A stretch of DNA of 64,000 nt from the NCBI GenBank assembly GCA_964199315.1, contig OZ116712.1, forward strand, positions 19,220,001 to 19,284,000, given 5' to 3'. The translations under genes and the position numbers were made by a program. Position 1 is the stretch's first letter; each line of letters begins with the position of its first letter. The notes beneath the pieces are model-generated. The model was not told where the DNA came from. It saw only the letters and a program-made list of their open reading frames with translations, and did no database searches. This document shows, one piece after another, positions 22,329-32,662 of this stretch. The DNA comes from Orbicella franksi (Eukaryota).

Positions 22329-24575
22329 ATGGATATGAAAACGTTGCTCCATAATCTCCGTGAAGAAGTGTCTTGCTCGGTGTGTTCCGACATATTTACC
22401 GATCCAAAACATCTGCCATGCTTACACAGTTTCTGTCTGCATTGCTTGAAACAATGGCATAGGACGAGCAATGGCCGCGACACCATCAGATGCCCAAATT
22501 GTCAAGCCGTTAGCAGAGTACCTGAAAGTGGCGATCTGAAAGATCTTCCAACCAGTTTTTATCTGAATGGCTTGATTGATGTAGTGGCAATCAAAGAGTG
22601 CAGAAGTAGTCAAGTAAGATGTGGAAACTGCGAGAAGAAAAGCTCCGAGACTTCTTACTGTTTCCAGTGTTGCATATTTTATTGTGAGGAGTGTGTAACA
22701 GGCCACAACATCATGCGAAACAATAAAGATCACCGTGTTCTGGCGCTGAAAGACTTTCAAGACAAGGACTATGAGGATGTGCTCAAGCGACCTGTGTTCT
22801 GTGCAAAGCAACGGCACGAGAACGAAGAGCTGAAGTTCTTTTGTAAGAACTGTGAAATGACCGTTTGCCAATTTTGTGTTTTGATGGATCATCCTGGTCA
22901 TGCTTTGGAGCACATAGAAGACGAAGCTGAAAGACAAAAGATTGAAATGAAATCAATGATTGAAACACAGAAGCGTAATTTACAAGCAAAGCTGATTGCT
23001 GTTAGTAAACTGAATGAAGACTACGCGAAGATTATACAACGAGGCGAAGAGGTGAAGAGAGACGTTCAGAGGACTGTTGACAATTTAATTGCTAATATTG
23101 AAGCGAAGAAGCAAACTATTTTTGCAGCGGTGGAGGACCAAACAGAGAAATCACTGGAAAGTCTAACAACGCAAAAGACCGACATCGAGCATCAAATAGA
23201 GGTGATCAAATCAACGTTGGATAAAGCTGATAAAGTTTTGACACGAAGTGCAAACGCTGAAGTCGTTCAAGTGAAAAAGTCATTACAAACAATATTGGAA
23301 GGAGTTGATCAAACTACTAAGCCAACTGAGCGTGACCTGAAAGATCTTCCGACGTTGGATTTCGTGCCAAATCAAAAGATGTTGAAAACTGTCAACACCG
23401 AAGAAATCGGAACACTGAAAACACTGCAGCAAACTGAAGCTAGTCAATCTGTCGCTGTGGGCAAAGGACTCGAAGAAGGAACTGTTGGAGTTGACGCACA
23501 GTTTGTTCTGACCACTAAAAACACAGAGGGAGAGCAGTGTTACAATAAACATGACCGTGTATCGGTAGAGATCAGGGACGAACAAGGACGAGAATGCGCG
23601 ACGGAAGTGCGAATAAATGACAATAAGGATGGAAGCTACAAAATCAGCTATTCACCCAAAGATCAAGGCAAATACAAAGTGACAGTAAAGGTAAACGGCG
23701 AACACATTCTTGATAGTCCTTTTTCTATTGATGTGAAATTATTTCAGTTAAGACCTGTTTTATCTTTTGGAAAAGAAGGTTCGTCTGTTGGAATGTTTAT
23801 GAATCCCTGGAGGGTGGCAGTGAATGCCAGGGACGAGATAGCTGTAACTGATTTTGGGAACCACAGAGTTCAAATCTTCAAGAGTGATGGAAAATACTTA
23901 AGATCGTTTGGTCGGGAAGGTAACAAAGCGGGCGAATTTAAGTATCCTTTGGGAATAACGTTTCATACAAATGGAAATATTTTCGTAGCAGACGACGGTA
24001 ACCATAGGATCCAGATTTTCAGTGGGGAGGGTGAGTACGTGGGTATGTTTGATGGGCAAGGAAGCCTTGATAGTCAGCTCTCTTATCCTTGGGGTTTATC
24101 TGTAGACAGTGATGGAAACATCATTGTTGCTGATAAAGGTAACAACATGATTAAGATCTTTTCTCCTGATGGCAAGTTTCTAATGAAGATAGGTGGGCAG
24201 GGTTCTTTTAGTTCTCCTATCCACTGTGTTCAGTGTGATAGATATCTCATAGTGTCAGACTACTGTGAACACTGTATAAAGGTTTTTAATTGTAATGGAG
24301 ACTTTCAGTACAAGTTTGGAAAGGAGGGTAGCGGGGACGGGGAGTTTAAGTATCCCCGTTGTTTGTCAGTAAACAAGTCAGGACACCTGATAGTCTGTGA
24401 TTCAGGTAATAATAGAATACAAGTATTTGAACTCAGTGGAAAGTTTGTTGGCAAGTTTGGAACAAAGGGCAGTAATTTAGGAGAATTCATTTGTCCAGTG
24501 TCTGTAGCAGTTCTCAGTAATGGCCGAATTGTTGTGTCTGACAAGAATAACCATCGCATCCAGATACTGGAGTGA
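22329..24575 (+). CDS. TRIM-NHL copy 3, intronless, 748 aa
   Basis: Uninterrupted ORF; RING, both B-boxes, filamin and six NHL repeats intact. Confidence 0.93.
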   Translation: MDMKTLLHNLREEVSCSVCSDIFTDPKHLPCLHSFCLHCLKQWHRTSNGRDTIRCPNCQAVSRVPESGDLKDLPTSFYLNGLIDVVAIKECRSSQVRCGNCEKKSSETSYCFQCCIFYCEECVTGHNIMRNNKDHRVLALKDFQDKDYEDVLKRPVFCAKQRHENEELKFFCKNCEMTVCQFCVLMDHPGHALEHIEDEAERQKIEMKSMIETQKRNLQAKLIAVSKLNEDYAKIIQRGEEVKRDVQRTVDNLIANIEAKKQTIFAAVEDQTEKSLESLTTQKTDIEHQIEVIKSTLDKADKVLTRSANAEVVQVKKSLQTILEGVDQTTKPTERDLKDLPTLDFVPNQKMLKTVNTEEIGTLKTLQQTEASQSVAVGKGLEEGTVGVDAQFVLTTKNTEGEQCYNKHDRVSVEIRDEQGRECATEVRINDNKDGSYKISYSPKDQGKYKVTVKVNGEHILDSPFSIDVKLFQLRPVLSFGKEGSSVGMFMNPWRVAVNARDEIAVTDFGNHRVQIFKSDGKYLRSFGREGNKAGEFKYPLGITFHTNGNIFVADDGNHRIQIFSGEGEYVGMFDGQGSLDSQLSYPWGLSVDSDGNIIVADKGNNMIKIFSPDGKFLMKIGGQGSFSSPIHCVQCDRYLIVSDYCEHCIKVFNCNGDFQYKFGKEGSGDGEFKYPRCLSVNKSGHLIVCDSGNNRIQVFELSGKFVGKFGTKGSNLGEFICPVSVAVLSNGRIVVSDKNNHRIQILE

Positions 24576-27500
24576 GCACTGTACTTTATGAAAAAAAAGA
24601 GAAACTCTAGGACATTAATTCAAAATTCAAAATTCAAAATTTATTTTAGTTTGCAGTTTTTTTAATATGTGGAATTATTTTCTGTGGTAAAACGTTAGAG
24701 ATGCAGTGTTCACCCAATTGCTTGTGGTGTGGCTCTGTATCGGTTGAACTGTTCTATAATTGTTTTGGGGTTAGGTGGGACGGGTGGGTGGGTGACAAAA
24801 ACAAATTTGTGTGTCTTGCAGTTGGATGGGAATAATACGTACATCTCTTAAGTTGTATTGTATGAATTAGTTTGAAGGACAAGAAAAAACGTTTTTTTTT
24901 TTTTGTTTACTTTACCAGTGGTTATATTATATAATAGAGTGACTAGCAAAATAAGAAAGTTATAAAACCACTTTATGGATTAATTGTTGTAATAAGAACC
25001 TCCACTATAGGGGAAAAGGCTGTTTAGGGGATTTGCCTTTTCTTAATTTAAAGAAGAAACATTTTGTTTCTCAAATTATTACTATACTCTTTGACATTTA
25101 ATTGTCTTTATGATGTTTTTATAGCAAGTTTGTTTTAGGGAATAGCAGGTTATTGACAGTCAGGTATGTACTGGAAAATATGTAGTACAAAGAACATTGC
25201 TTCAATGAACTTACCAAGTGACTAATTGCCTTGACGTTTGTATTTTCCTTATATTCAATAGCAGACGGTATTTGTTAGCTGCAGTGCTACAGTTAAACCC
25301 CACTTAACGAATGACCGCTTAATACGGACACCTTGAGCCTTATGGAATTTGATTTTAGTTCCTAGCTCCAAGATTTTCTGTTAGCTTGACCAGCTTAAGA
25401 CAGACACCTGGATTATAGCAACACTTAGTGTGCTTTTGACGGTGTTTGAGAAAACGGGGTTCGACTGTATCTGTAGGTTAAAATATATGTTTTTAAAGTG
25501 TGTATTTTTAGCTTTAGTTTATTGGAACTTTAAAGTTAACTGCTTTAATGATGAAACGTTTTGTAGAAAGAGCTGTTTGCGATGATTAAGAGCAGTAAAT
25601 AGCTTGATATGAAATAATTGTAAAATCATCTTTTTCTTTGAAAATGTAAATAAACAAAGTGTGAGTTCAAGAAAGTTGCTCTTTGCTTTGAGTTTACTTT
25701 TTAGTTTCTTATGTGAAAAAAGAAATTGCTAGAGATCGTAAAGAGAGGTTCATAAATTCTCCAGTACAATGGGCCGAATAAGCCTGTTTAATAAGGTTTT
25801 ATCGTATTTAACTCTGTTCTTTTGTGACTGCGTTATAAATTGAAAAACCTTGATTTTGTTTTGGAGCTATGAAAACGAAATACATGATAAGTTACGTGGT
25901 CATTTGATACATGACTACGTTTCAGCTTCCTGTTAACACGAACCGTGGTCGAACAATAACTTTACCTCTTTGACTGTGTTGAGATACAGAAGAAACACTT
26001 CAAAGCAGTTACGTTAACCTTCCCCTCCCTACAAATCTCTTGCACGCTACTCTTGGCGGGTCGGCAAGGCGAGCGAGCACTAGTTTCATATTCTGCAGGG
26101 TTTCTTTTTTTCTGGTAGCGCTAAATTCATTGCGTGGAGAACTGGACTCGCGAAAGGAAATCAATGGCAATAGGTTAGATAAACTGGCGCCGTTCTTAAA
26201 GCGTTTTATGTTTCTTTCTCTGTACCTCGGTATTGTGCTCCGCCAAGGTTTGTTTTTGGAAGCAATGCTACAATGGTTTTCGTTGTCACGATACTGTCCC
26301 ACAGGAAGTTAACGCCGAAGAGCCATTTAGGGAAAGGCTAGATACAACAAGCAAGCACCGAGGAAGCGTATGATACTTGTCCAAACGAAAGAGCAATCTG
26401 ACGGATTTTTCAGTAGAAGCCAAATTAAAACCAAATAATGAAAGAAGAACCCCTGGGAGTCACGCTTCAGTTTAAGTTTGTAGTTTCTAGAGCAAAGAAA
26501 GATATTTTTAAGTTTTCTTTCTTGCCACGAACAATCAATGAATAGAACTCTCTTCCTGAGGATATTGTCCCGGAATGCATTGTCCGTAGATAGTTTTAAA
26601 TCAAAGTGAGTTTTTAATATTCGAATGTATTAGTTTTATTTGGATTTTTTTAATTTTTTAGATATTTTATTATATTATTTTTATTTAGATTTTTTTATTT
26701 TTATTTATTTTTATTTTTTTAATATCCCAGTGTATTATTTTTATTTAGATTTTTAAAGCTGGTGTGATATCTCAAGCATTTTACCAAATTAACTAAGTAG
26801 AGATGTAGATGTAAAGTGCGTTCCTCAGCTTTCGGCTTCTCTGTCTTCTCTTCAGTGTTTCAATCAGAATGCATACAAGTAAACATTTCCCTTGTTTTCC
26901 CGCCAAAGAATAGAATCGCTTGAACAGTGACGTATGACGGCGCTAGTGTCCCTGCTCTAGTATGGTATTGTTGGGACGCCCCTAAGTTGTGTGTATGATA
27001 TACAGCGCGCTCGTTTGTAAAGCCTTGGAATGAAGGATTATTAAAGCTGACCGGATCGTTTGACTGCTTGGGAGTTTTTCGCGAAATAAGTTTACTTTCT
27101 CGCTAAATATCCTGGGAAAGTATTTGTCTTCTCCTCAGAGCCACAAGACTGAAAAAAAAAAAGGGTTGAACGTATCTAGATAATTGCTAGAAGGAGGAAA
27201 TGAGAAACACTCCATTGAAATCATTTAATTTGTTTCTTTCTCAATCTTTAACTGAAAAGTTCTTTACTGTTGATTAGTTGACCGATACACAAGATCCTTG
27301 TCAGACCAAAAAACGCTTTTCATTCCTCCAATAGAATAACTACACGTCACATGTATATAACCATGAGGCACTGACGGTTACCGAGCCCCGAGTTAGGGGG
27401 GAGGGGTAGAGGGGAGGCCCATACGAAAAGGTCGGGGATGCTCGTCGGAAAATTTAAATTAAAGTCCAAGAGGAGATCAATCTGGGTGAAACTCTAACTT

Positions 27501-27990
27501 TATTGTCAGTCCCTACAAGATACCACTTAAAACGAAAATGACAGCATTGACGTCTTGAGGGTCTTCAAGTGCACACTTAGAAAGCTAAAAATAGCTCACT
27601 ATTTCAGTGAGGTCAGCTGTTACAAACCACAACAGCTCTTAATTCAAACTTGCCACTGATTTTCACCGTCCAAAGAAAACGATTGATATCAAATTTCTCC
27701 TGACTGAGCCGCAGTATTTCTTTAAATAATTTTGAGAGAATTTGGGTTTTGGTCAAACCTTTTGAACTGTGATGATTGGGTCTAGTATTTCCATAACGTG
27801 TCTTCTTACATTTACCATAAAATGGTAAGGAGAAATTAGGCTTTTATCACAGGCGCAGATGAAACGGAAAGATTTTAGAAGATGGATAAGATGCCTTTGC
27901 CATATAAAAATTACAGTCCATAGTGACATAAGTACTTTTGATCATAACAGACTGCCAAGAAGCATTTTTCCTGTCGTGAAACATCGACAC

Positions 27991-29896
27991 CCCATGCCCA
28001 ACCCTCCTCTTTTACCCGGGCTTGGGATCGGCTGGATGTACCCAGATTAGACTGGATATACCCAGGCAAAGTCAAAAAACAAAAAATTACCAAACTAGAC
28101 AAGAGAAAACTTGTAGAGAGACTCGCGGTTGAGGCAGAAGAGGCTGCTGGTAGGCAAGATCTAAAGACCCTATATAGAATTAACAAAATGTTAAATAATG
28201 GTTTTAAAAACAACGATGTCCCTGTAAGATGGTAATGTTCTTTCGAAAGAAGCAGAAAAGCTGGCATGCTGGAGGGAACATTTTGAAAGCATTCTAAATA
28301 GGCCAGAACCTGAACAGGTAGCTGAGATTCCACCGGCAGTAGAGGACTTGGATATCTGCATAGATCCACCTACCATGGAAGAGGTGAAAGCTGTCATCAA
28401 AGTGATGAAGAGCGGGAAGGCAGGTGGAGCAGATGGAGTGACTGCAGAAATGCTCAAGGTTGAAGAAACTGAAACACCAGGCCTTTTGACGTGCATATTC
28501 AGAGAGATATGGGAGAGCGAGACGATTCCTGAAGCGTGGAAGACCGGACTCTTTGTCAAATTACCCAAAAAGGGTGATTTGGGTGACTGCAACAACTGAA
28601 GAGGCATCACTCTGCTCCCCATTACCAGCAAGGTCTTCAGCAAGATCATCCATACAAGACTGGCTGAAACACTGGATGAGTACATCAGGCAGGAACAGGC
28701 AGGTTTCCGCCCTGGACGCTCGTGCTCTGACCACATTTTCACCCTAAGGCAAATTCTAGAGCAGAGGAAAGAATGGAATGCTCCCCTGTATGCCAACTTT
28801 ATTTACTTTGAAGAGGCGTTTGACGGCATTTACCGAGATTCCCTATGGAAGATATTAAGGCACTACGGGATTCTATCAAAGCTGGTAAATGTCATCAAGA
28901 TGCTTTGCAGTGACTTCAAGTCCCAGGTTATTTGCAACGCAGCGCTTACAGACGCCTTCAGCGTGACCACGGGTGTGAAACAAGGGTGTATTTTCTCCCC
29001 CTTTCTATTATTCTTGGGGATCGACTGGGTTTTGAAACAAGTGACTAGTGGTCGAAGGAGAAGGATTAGATGGACATTGACCTTGATTATGCAGAAAAAC
29101 CTTAAAAGACCTTGATTATGCAGATGATATTGCGTTGCTCGCCCATCGACACCAGGACATGGAGGCAAAGACCAATGCCTCGGCAACTAAAGCAGGGAAA
29201 TTAGGCCTGAAGATCAACATTAAGAAGACAAGGCATTTGAGGATGAGTGGCAGGACCAATGAATCCATCATGGTGAATGGGGAAGTGGTAGAAGAGGTTG
29301 ATCACTTTACCTACCTGGGATCTAAGGTGTCCACCAGCGGAGATGGAGAAGAAGAGATCCTAGTCCGGATTTCAAAGGCAAGCCAGGCCTTTGCCTCGCT
29401 TCGAGGCACTTGGAGATCCAAGAACATCAGCCAGAACACAAAGATCCGATTTTTCAAAAGCAATGTCTTAAGCATTCTACTGCATGGCGCAGAATCCTGG
29501 AAGATGACCAAAACCATCAGCCACAAGCTAGAAGTCTTCCAGAACAAGAGCCTTCGTACGATTCTCCGTATATACTTGCCCCAGACAATCTCAAACTATG
29601 AGTTGCGCAGAAGAACAGGAACAGAACCAATCAAACAACAAGTCCGGCGAAAGAGATTGAAATGGATTGGTCATGTGCTGCGCATGCCACCAGCAGCATT
29701 ACCACGAGTTGCCCTTAGGTGGACTCCTGATGGCCGTAGAAAGAGAGACAGACCGAAAGAAACATGGGGGAGGACAGTGGAGAAAGAGATGAAGGAGAAC
29801 AGCTGGACATGGGGTCACCTGGAACGACGAGCACCCGACAGAAGACAATGGCGTACTTTGGCCGAGGCCTTATGTGTTTCAAAACACGAAGAGGAT

Positions 29897-29960
<64 letters not shown>
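27991..29960 (+). mobile_element. RTE retrotransposon, copy 2 (decayed)
   Basis: Near-identical to copy 1; 8-nt deletion near 28227, TGG>TGA at 28597-28599, complex indel at 29080-29125, (TAAG)16 tail. Confidence 0.92.
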
Positions 29961-30421
29961 ATCGACGCGTGGCGCGCGAACTAGCTCACGAGGGACGCGC
30001 GACTCGCAGATAATCGTGAGTCTTCGCGAGTCCGTAGAGATTGTAAGTTCAGTTCCTCCTGACCAACGCACCCCAACAAAATGAGCTGTCCATCTTTTGC
30101 GCGTGAGAAAAACAAAGGACATCTATTCAGACAGGAAGGAATTGAAATACAAACTCCAAAGCACTAATGTTTTGTTCTGATCAATGTTTTAGTGACATCT
30201 GATCAACCAGCCACATGTGTCACATTCTTAGGAATCAGTATCAGGCAAAATGACAAAGGCTCTTAAAACAACGTTCCATGATTGGTTTGAACAAGGGAAA
30301 AGATTGTCATAATAAACAGCCACGATTCCAAGAAGACCTAAAAAAGAAAGTCACAAGAAGTCATTGTTTCGAGTTGAGTTCCGCGAAAACCTTGCTTTAC
30401 CCGCTTGTTTCTGGACACGAC

Positions 30422-32662
30422 ATGGATATCAAAACGTTGCTCCATAATCTCCGTGAAGAAGTGTCTTGCTCGGTGTGTTCCGACATATTTACCGATCCAA
30501 AACATCTGCCATGCTTACACAGTTTCTGTCTGCACTGCTTGAAACAATGGCATAGGACGAGTCATTGCTGCGACACCATTAGATGCCCAAATTGTCGAGC
30601 CGTTAGCAGAGTACCTGAAAGTGGGGATCTGAAAGATCTTCCAACCAGTTTTTATCTGAATGGCTTGATTGATGTGCTGGTAATCAAAGAGTACAGGAGT
30701 AGCCAAGTAAGATGTGGGAACTGCAAGAAGAAAAGCTTCGAGACTTCATACTGTTTCCAGTGTTGCATATTTCACTGTCAAGAGTGCGTCACTGCACACA
30801 ACATCATGCGAAGCAATAAAGATCACCGTGTTCTGGCGCTGAAAGACTTTCAAGACAAGGACTATGAGGATGTGCTCAAGCGACCTGTGTTCTGTGCAAA
30901 GCAACGGCACGAGAAAGAAGAGCTAAAGTACTTTTGTAAGAACTGTGGAACGGCGGTTTGCCAATCTTGTGTTTTGATGGATCATCCTGGTCATGCTTTG
31001 GAGCACATAGAAGACGAAGCTGAAAGACGCAAGATTGAAATGAAATCAATGATTGAAACACAGAAGCGTAATTTACAAGCAAAGATAGACGCTGTTAGTA
31101 AACTTGACGAAGACTGCGTGAAGATCATACAACGAGGCGAAGAGTTGAAGAGGGACGTTCAGAGGACTGTTGACAATTTAATTGCCAATATTGAAGCGAA
31201 GAAGCAAACTATTTTTGCAGCGGTGGAAGACCAAACAAAGAAATCGCTTGAAAGTCTAACAACCCAAAAGATCGAGAACCAAATAGAGGTGATCAAATCA
31301 TCGTTGGATAAAGCTGATAAAGTTTTGACACGAAGTACAAACGCTGAAGTCGTTCAAGTGAAAAAATCATTAGAAACAATCTTGGAGGGAGTTGATCAAA
31401 CTACTAAGCCAAATGCGCGTGACCCAAAAGGTCTTCCGATATTGGTTTTCGTGAAAAATCAAAGGATGTTGAAGATTGTCAACACCGAAGAAATTGGAAC
31501 ACTGGGAATACTGAACGAAACTAACGCAAGTCAGTCTGTAGCTGAGGGCAAGGGCATTCAAGAAGGAACTGTTGGAGTTGAAGCACAGTTTGTTCTTACC
31601 ACAAAAAACGCAGAGGGAGGACAGTGTTACAGTAAACATGATCGTGTAACGGTAGAGATCAGGGACGAAGAAGGACGAGAATGTGCGATGGAAGTGCGAA
31701 TAAATGACAATAAGGATGGAAACTACAAAATCAGCTATTCACCCAAAGATCAAGGCAAATACAAAGTGACAGTAAAGGTAAACGGCGAACACATTCTTGA
31801 TAGTCCTTTTTCTATTGAGGTGAAATTATTTCAGTTAAGAGCTGCTTTTTCTTTTGGGAAACAAGGTTCGTCTGTTGGAATGTTTAACAATCCCTGGGGG
31901 GTGGCAGTGAATGCCAGGGACGAGATAGCTGTAACTGATTGTGAGAACCACAGAGTTCAAGTCTTTAATAGCGAAGGAAAATGTTTAAGATCTTTTGGTC
32001 GGGAAGGTAAGAATCTGGGCGAATTTAAGTTTCCTAGGGGAATAACTTTTCATAAAAATGGAAATATTTTCGTAGCAGACAACGGTAACCATAGGATCCA
32101 GATTTTCAGTGGCGAGGGTGAGTACGTGGATATGTTTGGTGGGAAGGGAATCCTTGATAGTCAGCTTTCTAATCCTTGGGGTTTATCTGTAGACAGTGAT
32201 GGAAATATCATTGTTGCTGATACAGGTAACAAACTGATTAAGATCTTTTCTCCTAATGGTAAGTTTTCAATGAAAATTGGTGGGCAGGGTTCTTTTTCTG
32301 ATCCTATCCACTGTGTTCAGTGTGATAGATATCTCATTGTGTCAGACAACGGAGCAAATTGCGTAAAGGTTTTCAACTGTAATGGCAACTTTCAGTACAA
32401 GTTTGGAAAGCAGGGTGGAGGGGATGGGAAGTTTAAGTATCCCCGTTGTTTGTCAGTAAACAAGTCAGGACACCTGTTGGTCTGTGATTCAGATAATAAT
32501 AGAATACAAGTATTTCAACTAAATGGAAAGTTTGTTGGCAAGTTTGGAACAAAGGGCAGTAATTTAGGAGAATTAAATTTCCCATCGTCTGTAGCAGTTC
32601 TAAGTAATGGCCGGATTGCTGTGTCTGAATGGCATAACAATCGCATTCAGATACTTGAGTGA
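30422..32662 (+). CDS. TRIM-NHL copy 4, intronless, 746 aa (possible 48-aa extension from ATG 30278)
   Basis: Uninterrupted ORF with the same architecture; 6-nt deletion in the coiled coil (TQK--IENQ). Confidence 0.92.
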   Translation: MDIKTLLHNLREEVSCSVCSDIFTDPKHLPCLHSFCLHCLKQWHRTSHCCDTIRCPNCRAVSRVPESGDLKDLPTSFYLNGLIDVLVIKEYRSSQVRCGNCKKKSFETSYCFQCCIFHCQECVTAHNIMRSNKDHRVLALKDFQDKDYEDVLKRPVFCAKQRHEKEELKYFCKNCGTAVCQSCVLMDHPGHALEHIEDEAERRKIEMKSMIETQKRNLQAKIDAVSKLDEDCVKIIQRGEELKRDVQRTVDNLIANIEAKKQTIFAAVEDQTKKSLESLTTQKIENQIEVIKSSLDKADKVLTRSTNAEVVQVKKSLETILEGVDQTTKPNARDPKGLPILVFVKNQRMLKIVNTEEIGTLGILNETNASQSVAEGKGIQEGTVGVEAQFVLTTKNAEGGQCYSKHDRVTVEIRDEEGRECAMEVRINDNKDGNYKISYSPKDQGKYKVTVKVNGEHILDSPFSIEVKLFQLRAAFSFGKQGSSVGMFNNPWGVAVNARDEIAVTDCENHRVQVFNSEGKCLRSFGREGKNLGEFKFPRGITFHKNGNIFVADNGNHRIQIFSGEGEYVDMFGGKGILDSQLSNPWGLSVDSDGNIIVADTGNKLIKIFSPNGKFSMKIGGQGSFSDPIHCVQCDRYLIVSDNGANCVKVFNCNGNFQYKFGKQGGGDGKFKYPRCLSVNKSGHLLVCDSDNNRIQVFQLNGKFVGKFGTKGSNLGELNFPSSVAVLSNGRIAVSEWHNNRIQILE

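Noticed and set aside
29897-29960. CRISPR-like or regulatory repeat array
   Set aside because: A plain (TAAG)n retrotransposon tail with no spacers, in a eukaryotic context.
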